Source of the DNA: an uncultured candidate division Zixibacteria bacterium | Lineage (GTDB): Bacteria; Zixibacteria; MSB-5A5; GN15; FEB-12 | NCBI GenBank assembly: GCA_963735035.1 | Contig: CAVTJJ010000003.1 | Location: 704,001-768,000, forward strand | Direction: 5' to 3' | Length of the DNA: 64,000 nt | In this document: one piece after another, positions 1 through 10,071 of the stretch | Position numbering within the stretch: the stretch's first letter is position 1 | Layout: the number at the start of each line of letters is the position of its first letter | Made by a program: the position numbers and the translations under genes | Notes under the pieces: model-generated | Databases searched by the model: none | The model's input: the letters and a program-made list of their open reading frames with translations, nothing else | Told to the model about the DNA's origin: nothing

Positions 1-622
1 TCAAGGCAGCGACCACGATCTGTGTCCACAGAGACCCTGAGTTCCTTAGACCAACGGTCATAACAAAGATCAGCATCAACGCGGTCATAATAAAGACGAT
101 TATTCCCATTACCCGGGGGTATTTCTTTGACAAGAACCCGGCTGCCGCGATCACGAGCCACGGCCACGCCTGCATAAATGCCCCGACAATCGAGCCGCCG
201 TCCATGGCCGCAAATGTGGCAATCAACAGACCTGCCGAAATGATTATTTTCGAAGCTGCTTCGCGATAGTTCTTGACCAGGATGACGTTTAACAGACCCT
301 TCGCGACGAGACCAACGATTATCGCCGTCGCGAACAACTCGAAGTCGTGGTTGCCCTCGGTCTCCAGCTTGGCCATGAAAATGACACAGGTGATGAGTAG
401 GACGGCGAACCCAATATTGCCGGAGCGGTAGTTGATCGTCATCTGGCGCTCATCGACATTCTTCCGGGCGATTCCTAGCGACGCCAGAGTTGGTCGAAGC
501 AGATACGACCCTATTCCCAGGGCTATCCAAAACTGGTTTTGGGTGATCGCAAAAAGCGCAAAGCCCAGCACCAGAATGCCGGCCGCACACCAGAAAATCG
601 GATCTTTCTTAAGCATGGTCAT
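1..622 (-). CDS. Multi-pass membrane protein (DUF2178-like 'DER' motif), runs off the left edge
   Basis: Hand-translated from ATG at 622 (GGAAGG upstream): MTMLKKDPIFWCAAGILVLGFALF...NVDERQMTINYRSGNIGF. Several hydrophobic segments and no stop before position 1. Directly downstream of an XRE regulator, a common pairing. Not in the ORF track because it is truncated. Confidence 0.7.
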   Translation of the reverse strand, partial: MTMLKKDPIFWCAAGILVLGFALFAITQNQFWIALGIGSYLLRPTLASLGIARKNVDERQMTINYRSGNIGFAVLLITCVIFMAKLETEGNHDFELFATAIIVGLVAKGLLNVILVKNYREAASKIIISAGLLIATFAAMDGGSIVGAFMQAWPWLVIAAAGFLSKKYPRVMGIIVFIMTALMLIFVMTVGLRNSGSLWTQIVVAAL

Positions 623-667
623 TACCTTCCTATCTGAACTTGTTTCAGGCGATAACCGGAGTCTGGC

Positions 668-877
668 CTAGTCATGATCTGACTCCTCCAATAGGAAGAG
701 TTCTTCGACCGTCGTATCGAGCTTGAAGGCGAGTTGGAGGGCCAGTTTCACCGACGGGCTATAATCCCCTTTTTCAATCGAGACGATAGTCTGCCGGGAA
801 ACCGAGACCATATCGGCTAGTTGCTGTTGGCTTAGCTCGCCTCGTTCAAATCTGAATCTTCGAAGGTTGGTTTTCAT
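668..877 (-). CDS. XRE/Cro-family HTH transcriptional regulator
   Basis: LSQQQLADMVSVSRQTIVSIEKGDYSPSVKLA is a classic HTH_3 signature; 69 aa. Confidence 0.92.
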   Translation of the reverse strand: MKTNLRRFRFERGELSQQQLADMVSVSRQTIVSIEKGDYSPSVKLALQLAFKLDTTVEELFLLEESDHD

Positions 878-998
878 GGTTGTTCTTAGGGTTTTCGTTT
901 CATCTCTATTCTCGCCCTATTGTATAGTATTCTTTACATTCTGTCAAGCAAATTGTTCACAAAGACAAGAAAAATGTACCGCTATTACCAAACCATAG

Positions 999-1024
999 AC
1001 CGAGGTCCCCCCTCGGACCTCGGT
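999..1024 (-). terminator. Hairpin downstream of the hdr-mvh operon, probable terminator
   Basis: ACCGAGGTCC-6 nt-GGACCTCGGT perfect 10-bp stem about 60 nt past the last operon gene. The U-tract is weak. Confidence 0.5.
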
Positions 1025-1087
1025 TATCACATTGAGATAGAGTATGTTACACAGAAGCAGATAGTGTTGAGCGGTCAGCTTTGCGAG

Positions 1088-1396
1088 CTACTGTTTGATG
1101 CCCGGTCGGTAGGCGAACTCGGATGCTGCCATCGACGCCGGTACCGGGTAGAAGCCCGCCCCCGAGCAGAGCGGACAGGGATTGCGATCGACCTGTCTGA
1201 CTTCGATCAGGCCGGTCCCGTGGCAGGCGTAGCACGGGTTTTCAAGGGCGTCGAACCCTTTCCCGTCACAGTACATGCACTTGTGCGAATGGTCCGGTGT
1301 GATACACCGATTATCTACCCAGCCCCGGCCGCGGCACTCCGGGCAGACTTTTGGTTCGCCCTCGGGCGACGGCTTCTTTCTGGTCTCTGTCCCCAT
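1088..1396 (-). CDS. Stand-alone DnaJ-type zinc-finger protein
   Basis: Four CxxCxGxG motifs (CPECRGRG, CMYCDGKG, CYACHGTG, CPLCSGAG) and no J-domain. GAGGTG RBS before the ATG. Confidence 0.8.
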   Translation of the reverse strand: MGTETRKKPSPEGEPKVCPECRGRGWVDNRCITPDHSHKCMYCDGKGFDALENPCYACHGTGLIEVRQVDRNPCPLCSGAGFYPVPASMAASEFAYRPGIKQ

Positions 1397-1871
1397 ACTT
1401 CACCTCGCACGTTCTATTGCGAATCCATTCTTCGACTAAAGTAATCGCCGGCTCCACAGCCGCCGTAACGGCCGGGGTCATCTCTTCCGACAGCGTCTGC
1501 ACATCGGCCGCTTCCACGGCCAGGACGTCTATATTCTCCGGCATCTCATAACCAAGAAGCCTTCCAAGCCGGAGCGCCGTCGGCAGACTTATCTCGTGAC
1601 TTGATACCAACCCTCGACCGGGGGTCCAATATCCGTTCGGGAAGAAATGCAGTGTCCCTGGAATCGCTTTGCTCGTCAGCACTGTATCCACTACCAGCAC
1701 GGCCTCACGGCTGTGCATCAGATCCAGCAATGCGAACCCCGCCACCGAGGCGGTACAGACATCGGCGCGTTCGGTCACTTCCGGCCGAGTCAGACTCTCC
1801 CCCACCCGCAGACCAAAAGCGTCGTCGGTCAGCACATCATTTCCCAGACACAGGATCAGAATCGGTTTCAA
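1311..1871 (-). CDS. Hydrogenase maturation protease (HycI/HyaD/HoxW family)
   Basis: ILCLGNDVLTDDAFG, VLVVD and SSHEI motifs. TTG start overlaps the mvhA stop. The 3' end overlaps the next gene. Confidence 0.9.
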   Translation of the reverse strand: MKPILILCLGNDVLTDDAFGLRVGESLTRPEVTERADVCTASVAGFALLDLMHSREAVLVVDTVLTSKAIPGTLHFFPNGYWTPGRGLVSSHEISLPTALRLGRLLGYEMPENIDVLAVEAADVQTLSEEMTPAVTAAVEPAITLVEEWIRNRTCEVKYGDRDQKEAVARGRTKSLPGVPRPGLGR

Positions 1872-3353
1872 CCGTCTCTCCGTTTCGAGTCAATAATTTC
1901 GCCGGTCGCAGCGTCGTGCACAATCAGCTCCAGCGGCATCTCGCCCGGCAGCGAATGCGTGGCGCATCCGAAACAGGGATCGTACGCCCTAAACGCCATC
2001 TCAATCCGGTTGAGAATGCCTTCGGTGAGCGTCGTACCCTTCTTGATCAAGCCTTCCGCGGCCCGTTTGATTGACATAGTAATCGGGGCATTGTTGTTCG
2101 TGGTACCGACGATCAGGTTGGCTTCGGTGATGATCCCTCGGTTGTCGGTCTTATAATGATGCGTCAGCGTTCCCCGAGGCGCTTCGACAATGCCAACCCC
2201 TTCGCCCACAATGCCTGTCGGCGGCTCGAAGATCTTGTCGGATGTGATTTCTTCATCCTGGGCCTGTTGCAGCACTGCCTCGCAGGCAAACACCAGCTCA
2301 ACTACCCTCGCCCAGTGCGTGGCCAGAGTAGCGTTGACCGGCGTTCTGCCGGTACGATCCCCGGTCAGCGTCTCATAGAACCGTTCGTACTCAGCTTGAG
2401 CCAGCGGCGTAGCCATACCGTCCGAGACGTTGAGCCGACTCAGCGGAGTCGCCTTGTAGACGCCTGAATCCTTGCCGTCGATAAATCCCTTCCACCCGAC
2501 CTTCTTCAGGAACGGATATTTCAGATAGCTATATGGCTCGACATGCTCGGCGACATATTCGAGATAATCTTTCGGCGCATATTTGGCGTGTTCGGTGCCG
2601 TCGGGCGCGGTCACCCGCACCATACCATCATAGAAAGTCACCTTGTTGTTGGCGTCCACCAGCCCCATGTTGTACGTCTTGTGGCAGAACAGGTCACCTA
2701 CTATCAGATTGACATAATGCTTTGTTCGCAAGAACCACGTCGTTGAGCACCTGAATCGTAAACTTGGCGAACTCAACCATATCCCGGCCGATCTTGATCA
2801 TCTCCTGCTGTTCTTCCTTGGTGACCCGTTTGGACATGCCTCCCGGAAGCGCCGTCACCGGATGTACTTTCTTGCCGCCGATGATCTCGATAATTCTCTG
2901 ACCGCGCGCTCTTTGAGCAATGACCTTCTTGCCGGCGTCGATGCCCACCTTGGCGATTACGCCAAGGATATTGCGCTCAAGCGGGGGCGCATCAGGACCG
3001 CAAACGAAATCCGGTCCGCCCAGAGCATAGAAATGGGTGGTATGATCGCCCGCATAGAATCCGTTATAGACCAGTTCGCGTAGCTTGCGCGCCGCCGATG
3101 GAATCGTCACTCCGTAAACCGCATCGGCCGCTTTCGCCGCCGCCATGTGGTGGGCATCGGGACAAACCCCACAAATGCGGGTCGTAATGCGACACATCTC
3201 CTCAACCGGCCGCCCAACACAGAACTTCTCGAACCCGCGCAGTTCCGGCACTTGGAAATAGCAGTTGGCCAGCGAGCCGTCGTCGTTGATGAATAGGTGT
3301 ATCTTGCCGTGGCCCTCGAGCCGGGTGATCGGATCAATCAGGACCGTTCTCAT
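1868..3353 (-). CDS. mvhA: [NiFe]-hydrogenase large subunit, MvhA/group 3c-like; frameshifted near 2722
   Basis: N-part has ITRLEGHG and L1 RICGVC. C-part has EAPRG and L2 RAYDPCFGCATH plus a cleavable tail. Removing one A from AACAAAGCATTAT joins the ORFs as ...VLANKHYVNLIVGD. Confidence 0.9.
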
Positions 3354-4321
3354 ACTTGTACTCTCCTGATCATTGATGCCGGAAGACTGAAACGATAGAA
3401 CGTGCCGACCGGATCGGCGATGGTCCCGATGATCTCGTCGATCTCCTCCGGATCGGTGGAATCAATCACGCTGGCCAGCGCCGAAACCATCTTCGCCCCC
3501 TGATCGCGGACGTTCACCGGAAGGCCATAGCAGCCCCGGCAGGGCACCCCGGCCGTTGAACATTTCGCACCGCAGCCTGCCCGAGTCGCCGGTCCCATGC
3601 AGACAATACCCTGTTCCAGCAGACATAGATTGGCGTCGATCCTGATCTCATGCGGCCGGTAGAATTTCTTGATCTTCTTGATATTCTTTTCGCGCAGACA
3701 TTCATCGCAACAAGTCTTGTCGGTCGCCCCGAGAATCGTCCCTTTCGGGGGCAGCGGTTTGCCGTTTTTCAGGATATCGATCACCGCTTCGACCACTGCC
3801 GCAATCTGATTCGACTGGGGCGGACAGCCGGGAATGATATAATCGACCTCGACCACCTGCGGCAGCGTCCGCACCGTATTCCACAAGTATGGGATGTGAA
3901 GCTCACCCTCGGGGACTTTGACAGTCGGTTGCGGTACTACTACGCTCCCCTTTTCCAAAGAGGGCGACTTCTTGTAGACATAATCCATAATCGCGTCTTT
4001 AGTCACCAGATTGGCCATCCCGGGAATACACCCCTCCGAGGCGCAACTGCCGAACGCACACAGCACCACCGACTTGGCCCGCATGAGCTTGGCCATCTCG
4101 TAGTTTTCGTCGCTGCGAATGGCCCCGTTGAACAAAGTCAGCGTGATTGACTTATCGTCCATCCGACGGATATCGTCATACTTCGTATCCATCGCACATG
4201 GCCAGAAGATCGGGTCGAAGAAATCCGCCACGGCCAGAATCTTCTCCTCGATATCCAGAATTGCGATATCACAACCGCCGCACGACGATGCCCAATAGAT
4301 TGCCAGTTTCGGTTTAGCCAT
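3350..4321 (-). CDS. mvhG: [NiFe]-hydrogenase small subunit, MvhG-like
   Basis: Start at MAKPK (4321). SCGGC, GSCASEG, PGCPP, CLLEQGIVCMGPATRAGCGAKC and CRGCYG motifs. No Tat signal. Confidence 0.92.
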   Translation of the reverse strand: MAKPKLAIYWASSCGGCDIAILDIEEKILAVADFFDPIFWPCAMDTKYDDIRRMDDKSITLTLFNGAIRSDENYEMAKLMRAKSVVLCAFGSCASEGCIPGMANLVTKDAIMDYVYKKSPSLEKGSVVVPQPTVKVPEGELHIPYLWNTVRTLPQVVEVDYIIPGCPPQSNQIAAVVEAVIDILKNGKPLPPKGTILGATDKTCCDECLREKNIKKIKKFYRPHEIRIDANLCLLEQGIVCMGPATRAGCGAKCSTAGVPCRGCYGLPVNVRDQGAKMVSALASVIDSTDPEEIDEIIGTIADPVGTFYRFSLPASMIRRVQV

Positions 4322-4326
4322 GTTTG

Positions 4327-4809
4327 TCACTCCCTGCTCACAACCAAATCGTGGCTCGCGACTGAGGCGTGGCGCGTGTCCGCCTCGCCCGGCTCGAACG
4401 TCCAATCCTTCAGGTGAAGCGGCCCCAGTTCGCGAATCTGTTCGGTAAATTCGCCGATCACTTCCTGGAACCGCACTCCTTCGGACGCCGAGACCCATTC
4501 GAGGCGAAGCCGCCGCTTATCGACCCCCATCGCTTCTAGTAACTTGAGAGTCAGCGGCACGCGACGCATGCACTTGTAGTTGCCCTCGACATAATGGCAG
4601 TCGCCCGGATGACACCCGCAGATCAGGACCCCGTCGGCCCCTTTCTGGAACGCATCCAGCACGAATCCGGGATCGACCCGACCGCTGCACATCACCCGAA
4701 GGCTCAGGATATTGGGGGGATATTTAAGCCGCGCCGTGCCGGCGAGGTCGGCGCCAGTATAACTGCACCAATTGCAGAGGAAACCTATGATCTTGGGTTC
4801 GAAGCTCAT
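4327..4809 (-). CDS. mvhD: MvhD [2Fe-2S] subunit
   Basis: MSFEPKIIGFLCNWCSYTGADLAG, VMCSGRVDP, GCHPGDCHY and WVSASEG. ATGA overlap with the upstream gene. Confidence 0.95.
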   Translation of the reverse strand: MSFEPKIIGFLCNWCSYTGADLAGTARLKYPPNILSLRVMCSGRVDPGFVLDAFQKGADGVLICGCHPGDCHYVEGNYKCMRRVPLTLKLLEAMGVDKRRLRLEWVSASEGVRFQEVIGEFTEQIRELGPLHLKDWTFEPGEADTRHASVASHDLVVSRE

Positions 4810-6564
4810 ACCAACATCCCCTCTATTTGGGCGTAAATTTGTTCGTCGGTGAAATGTCTCGCGACAATCGCACCGGCCGGGCAGGCGGCCACACAGGTGC
4901 CACAGGCTTTGCACAACGCCGAATTCACGACGCTGACTTTCTTATCGGTCAGGTAATCAATCGCATTGTACGGACACAGTTCATTGCATACGCGACAACC
5001 ACCGCAATATTCTTCCTGAATTGCCGCATATGCGGCATCCATCATTATTTCGCGCTGACAAAGTAACTTGAGCGCATGTGAGGCTGCCGCCCCTCCCTGA
5101 GCTACTGTATCCGGAATATCCTTAGCGCCCTGACAGGCTCCGGCCAGGAATACGCCATCGGTGGTTGTCGAAACCGGCCCAAGTTTCGGATGTGCCTCTA
5201 TAAACCAGCCGTCGGCGCCAACTGAAATGTTGAACTTCCTCGCCGTCTCCTTGGCGTCCTTGCGTGCTTCCAGTGCCGTGCAGAGGATCACCATGTCGAC
5301 CGGAATCTCGCGGAACTTGCCTATCAGCGTGTCCTCGCACATGACCAGCAAGTGGCCTTCCTCGCCCCGACGGAACCCCGACGGCACCACTTCGGCTGCT
5401 TTGCCGCGGATAAGATTCACATCTTCATCGAGAATGCGCTGATAGAACTCTTCGTACCCCTTGCCGAAACTGCGCACGTCGATATAGAGTTGGTAGACTT
5501 CCGCCGAGGTCTTTTCCTTCACCAGATGCGAGAACTTGAAAGCGTACATGCAGCAGACCCGACTGCAGTACTTGTGATAGTTTTGATCGCGGCTGCCGAT
5601 GCAGTGCAGAATGGCAATCGCCCGCGGCTCCTCGCCGTTTTCCAGCACGATCTTGCCCCCGGTCGGACCGGCGGCGTTGTTCATCATTTCGAATTCTTCG
5701 GCCGAGATGACATTCGGATACTTGCCGTAGCCGTACTGCTTCATCGGTGTGGGGTCAAAGCTGTCAAAGCCGGTGGCCATGACAACGACGCCAACATCGA
5801 ATTCCTCGAACTGATCCTGATCGTCGTAGTGAATACAGTCTTTCGGGCAGACTTTCGAGCAAACCTTGCACTCACCCGTATTGAAGTGTATGCACTTGTC
5901 CGGATCGATGAACGGGACGTTCGGCACGGCTTGGCGAAACGGCAGCGAAATCGCCGAGTTCGGCCCGAGCGATATCTCGCTGTGTACAATTGAACGCCCG
6001 TGAATTTCTTCCATCTTGATATGCCCGGTCGGACATACACTGGCGCAGGCGCCGCACAAGATACAGTCGTCGCTGCCAGCCTCCGAACGGCGTGGCGACT
6101 TCCCGATAAATGCCCCGGTTACTGAAAGCGAGCGCATGCGCGCCGACGACTTCGTCGCATACCCGCACGCACAGACCGCACAGAATACACGTGTCCTCAC
6201 CCGTGCCCCAGCGCGGCTTGTCGATTCCGAATTGCTCCGCCAACTGCTGCAACACCGGAACCGGCGCGCAGCGACTCATGAGCATTTCGAGATTGACCCG
6301 GCGAGCGTTTATCACACGCGGCGTCGAAGTGTGTATTTCCAGACCGTCCCAGACCGGATAGTTACAGGCCGTGACAATCTTGCTCCAACCTCGGCCGTCG
6401 CGCGCCTCGACCGCACAGATACGGCAGGCGGCGTACGGGGTCATATACGGATAGTGGCAGAGAGTCGGGATGTACGCTCCGAGCGCGCGGGCGCCGTCGA
6501 GAACAAACGCTCCTTCTTCCATCTCCACCGAATGTCCGTCGATCTTTACATTCACTTTGGCCAT
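4806..6564 (-). CDS. hdrA: Fusion of a HydA/HoxU/NuoG-type N-terminal Fe-S domain with the C-terminal half of HdrA; frameshifted near 6084
   Basis: N-part: IPTLCH...ACRIC...TAC [2Fe-2S] and CILCGLCVRVC. Removing one G (TTCGGAG to TTCGAG) continues into PFEAGSDDCILCGACASVCP. Then HdrA motifs AISLPFRQAVP, ATGFD, YGYGKYPNVI, CIGSRD, YCSRVCCMYAFK, GACQGAKDIPD and a terminal 2x[4Fe-4S]. Confidence 0.85.
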
Positions 6565-8585
6565 CAAATCCTCCTACGCCACCGTGGCCGCTTCGCGCCT
6601 GACCGATGTCTCCCAGACCTGAACTGCTTTAGTCTTGAATGCCCGTCGCCTTCACCTCGTTTGACGCGCACGATGGCGTCGTGCTTGCAGATCTGGTAGC
6701 AGGCACCGCACTGGATGCATTTGTCCTGGATGATACTGTGCAGCTCTTTCGGCTTGCCTACAATTGCCTTAGTCGGGCACGGCTTCAAACATGCCACACA
6801 GCCGGTGCATTTCTCGGTAATGGCGTGCGACACTAATTCTTTGCAGACTCCGGCCGGACACCGCTTATCACGAATATGCGCCATGTACTCCTGTCGGAAA
6901 TACTTGACCGTCGACAGAATCGGGTTCGGCGCACTACCGCCCAACTGACAGAGACTGGTATCCACCAGTACCTGTCCTAGTTCTTCCAGCAGTGACAGAT
7001 CTTCGACCGTCCCTCGACCATCGCAGATCCGGGTCAGCACTTCCAGCATGGTCCGGATGCCTTCCCTGCAGGGCAGACACTTCCCGCAGCTTTCTTCCTG
7101 CAGGAAAGTGAGGAAATACCTGGCGACATCGACCATACATGAATCTTCGTCCATCACAATCATGCCGCCCGAACCCATCATCGAACCGACTTTGGTGAGC
7201 TCGTCGAAATCTACCGGCAGATCAAGCAGGCTAACCACTTCCTGATCATCGCGGATATCGCCGTGCGCCACCAGGCTGTCGTGAATCTTCTTCTCACCGG
7301 TTTCGACTATCAGCGTCCCCCCCGACGGCCCACCGGTTTGCACCGCCTTGAATCTCTTGGTGCCTCTCACACCGCCACCGATATCATATAGGATTTCGCG
7401 AAGTGTGATGCCCATTGGCACCTCGACCAGACCGGTGTTGTTGACCTTGCCGGTCAGGGCGAAGACCTTGGTTCCCTTTGAGCCCTCGGTTCCGATCCTG
7501 GCATAGGCTTTGGCCCCCATCTCGATGATGATTGGGACATTGGCCCAGGTCTCTACGTTATTCAGGTTGCTCGGCTTGTCCCACAAGCCGGATTCGACTG
7601 TGTGAATATACTTGGCGCGGGGTTCGCCGGTTTTCCCTTCGAGCGAGGCCATCAGCGCGGTCGATTCTCCGCACACAAACGCCCCGCCGCCACGCGAAAC
7701 CTCGATGTCGAAATCGAATCCCGTCCCGAGTATGTTCTTCCCCAGAAGGCCGCATTCACGGGCCGCGTCGATTGCGATCATCAGATTCTTGACCGCGAGA
7801 GGATACTCGTTGCGCACATAGACGAACCCCTCATTGCTGCCTATGGCATACGCACCGATAATCATCCCCTCGATAACAGAATGCGGATTGCCTTCGAGCA
7901 GGGAGCGATCCATGAACGCGCCGGGATCGCCTTCGTCCGCGTTGCAGATGACATATTTCGGCGTTCCTTTCGCCTTTCGACAGGTCGCCCATTTCTTGCC
8001 CGTGGGATATCCTCCACCCCCTCGACCACGCAGACCGGAGGTAGCTACTTCCTGAATGATCTCCTCAGGCTTCATCTTGAGCGCCTTAACCATGGGTCCG
8101 TATCCGCCCAGAGCGATGTAGTCACCTATCGAAGTCGGATCCATGTGACCGTTCTTCCCGAAAATCAAGCGCATCTGCTTTTTGTAGAACGGTATATCTG
8201 CTTCGTGAATGATCGTCTCTTTGGTAAGCGGATCGCTATAGAGCAGGCGGTTGACTATCTGCCCCGCTTTGATCGTCTGGTTGACTATCAGCTTGGCATC
8301 GGACGCTTTCACCCGCTGATAGAAGATGCCCTGCGGATGAACCACCACCAGCGGACCCCGCTCACAGAAACCGTGACACCCGGTTCGTTTTAGTTCGACT
8401 TCTTTATCCAGGTGACCCGCCACGAGTGCCTCGTGAAGGGCATTGCTTACCTTCTCGCAACCGCACGCCAAACATCCGGTCCCCGAGCAAACTGAAATAG
8501 TTGTTCTCTCTTCCTTACGGTGCTTGACGAGACTGGCTCGAAATTCTTCGAGCCCCGCAGCCGAGGTGATCCGTGTCATGTTCAT
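6564..8585 (-). CDS. NAD(H)/FMN subunit, long HydB/BfuB (NuoF-like) type
   Basis: N-terminal thioredoxin-like [2Fe-2S] (CSGTGC...GCHGFC), [48 protein letters not shown] and C-terminal 2x[4Fe-4S]. The last ~30 residues may be out of frame. Confidence 0.92.
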   Translation of the reverse strand: MNMTRITSAAGLEEFRASLVKHRKEERTTISVCSGTGCLACGCEKVSNALHEALVAGHLDKEVELKRTGCHGFCERGPLVVVHPQGIFYQRVKASDAKLIVNQTIKAGQIVNRLLYSDPLTKETIIHEADIPFYKKQMRLIFGKNGHMDPTSIGDYIALGGYGPMVKALKMKPEEIIQEVATSGLRGRGGGGYPTGKKWATCRKAKGTPKYVICNADEGDPGAFMDRSLLEGNPHSVIEGMIIGAYAIGSNEGFVYVRNEYPLAVKNLMIAIDAARECGLLGKNILGTGFDFDIEVSRGGGAFVCGESTALMASLEGKTGEPRAKYIHTVESGLWDKPSNLNNVETWANVPIIIEMGAKAYARIGTEGSKGTKVFALTGKVNNTGLVEVPMGITLREILYDIGGGVRGTKRFKAVQTGGPSGGTLIVETGEKKIHDSLVAHGDIRDDQEVVSLLDLPVDFDELTKVGSMMGSGGMIVMDEDSCMVDVARYFLTFLQEESCGKCLPCREGIRTMLEVLTRICDGRGTVEDLSLLEELGQVLVDTSLCQLGGSAPNPILSTVKYFRQEYMAHIRDKRCPAGVCKELVSHAITEKCTGCVACLKPCPTKAIVGKPKELHSIIQDKCIQCGACYQICKHDAIVRVKRGEGDGHSRLKQFRSGRHRSGAKRPRWRRRI

Positions 8586-9100
8586 GATTCCTCCTCACCC
8601 TCTGCAGCACCGGTCGCTTTGCCCTTCAACCCATCAAGCATGCGGTCGACTTTCGACACCGTCATGTTGCCGTAATAGACTTCATCAGCCGTCACCAGCG
8701 GCCCCAGGGCGCAGGCCCCGAGACAGTTCACCGTCTCCAGGCTGAATTCCCGGTCGTCGGTAGTCAGGCCGGGTTTGATGCCCAGCGACGTCTCCAGCCT
8801 GTCCACAATGACCGACGCCTGGCGAACGTGACAGGCCGTCCCGGTACAGACACAGATGTGATGCTTCCCCTTAGGGGTCAGACTGAATGAGCGATAGAAC
8901 GTGGCCACACCAAATACCTGGGCCACCGGCAGCTCCATCTTCCTGGCCACCAACTTGAGGGCTTCAATCGGCAGGTAGCGATAATGCTTTTGCACATCCT
9001 GAAGGATCATGATGAGGGCGGTTTGTTTCGCCTCATACTTGTTGACGATACTATCGATCGCTTCGGCCAGATCGTAGTGGCTCTGCACGGCCGTTGTCAC
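8582..9100 (-). CDS. NuoE/HydC/HoxE-type [2Fe-2S] subunit
   Basis: [14 protein letters not shown] and [12 protein letters not shown] start overlaps the hdrA-N stop, with a GGAGG RBS. Confidence 0.93.
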   Translation of the reverse strand: MTTAVQSHYDLAEAIDSIVNKYEAKQTALIMILQDVQKHYRYLPIEALKLVARKMELPVAQVFGVATFYRSFSLTPKGKHHICVCTGTACHVRQASVIVDRLETSLGIKPGLTTDDREFSLETVNCLGACALGPLVTADEVYYGNMTVSKVDRMLDGLKGKATGAAEGEEES

Positions 9101-10071
9101 TTCGAGCCTCCTTCCACCGGCACCGACAGCGGCTCCGGCATCGGCTGCGCGCCGGTCAGCAGGGTCAAATCGTGGTCGGGACCCAGGACACCACGATGAC
9201 TCATGTCGAGCGCCTTCCCTTCTCTGACCACCTGCTTACCGAGAAACAATCTTCGCTCGCGGGGATACGGCTTGCTGGGACACGCCTCGTAACATGAGCC
9301 GCAACTGTTGCACAGGGTCGGATCGACATAGCGCGCCTTCTTACGAACCTTCACTTTGAAGTTGCCTATGTATCCCTTGACTTCCTCGACTTCCGCATAA
9401 GTCATCAATTTGATATGCGGATGCTTCCCCACCGATACCATCTTGGGAGTCAGAATACAGGCGGCGCAATCAAGCGTGGGAAAGGTCTTGTCGAATTGTG
9501 ACATGTGGCCGCCGATCGACGGCTCTCTCTCGACCAGCACCACTTCAAAACCGGCGTCGGCAATTTGCAGGGCCGCTTCGATTCCGGCGATACCGCCCCC
9601 GACAATCAATACCCGCTGGAAGATCGGTACCCGGCGCATTTCGAGCGCTTCGTGGAACTTCACCCGCGCCACCGCGCCGCGCAGCAGAGCGAGCGCTTTG
9701 GTGGTCGCCATCCGAGGATCGACTGTTACCCAACTTACCTGCTCGCGAATATTGGTCATCTCAAAGAAATACCGGTTCAGGCCGCCGTCCTCGACCGCTT
9801 TACGGAAAGTCGCTTCGTGCATGAGCGGACTGCACGCCGCCACCACTACCCGATCGAGTTTCAGTTCTCTGATATCCTTCTGAATGAGTTCCTGTCCGGG
9901 GTCCGAACACATGAATCGATAGTGACGCGCGATCACCACTCCCGGCGCTTCGGCTATGGTCTCTGCAACTTTGACCACATCAACCGTCTTGGCGATATTC
10001 GTCCCGCAGTGACAGATATACACTCCCACCCGGGGGGTACCATTGCCGGACGCATGTTCAAGCGAGCTCAT
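9097..10071 (-). CDS. hdrA: Heterodisulfide reductase subunit A, N-terminal half only
   Basis: RVGVYICHCGTNI, MCSDPGQ, VAACSP, NIREQ, IVGGGIAG, DKTFPTLDCAAC, then KARYVD-CNSCGSCYEACP. It ends there with a non-homologous tail. Confidence 0.92.
   Translation of the reverse strand: MSSLEHASGNGTPRVGVYICHCGTNIAKTVDVVKVAETIAEAPGVVIARHYRFMCSDPGQELIQKDIRELKLDRVVVAACSPLMHEATFRKAVEDGGLNRYFFEMTNIREQVSWVTVDPRMATTKALALLRGAVARVKFHEALEMRRVPIFQRVLIVGGGIAGIEAALQIADAGFEVVLVEREPSIGGHMSQFDKTFPTLDCAACILTPKMVSVGKHPHIKLMTYAEVEEVKGYIGNFKVKVRKKARYVDPTLCNSCGSCYEACPSKPYPRERRLFLGKQVVREGKALDMSHRGVLGPDHDLTLLTGAQPMPEPLSVPVEGGSK

Noticed and set aside
2700..6100. Programmed ribosomal frameshifting in mvhA and the HoxU-HdrA fusion
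   Set aside because: No slippery heptamer is evident, and similar indels are scattered through unrelated genes.
1868..10071. Selenocysteine read-through explaining the broken hydrogenase and HdrA ORFs
   Set aside because: The usual Sec positions are Cys (DPCFGC, DCAAC, CNWC), and the breaks change frame rather than being in-frame TGA.
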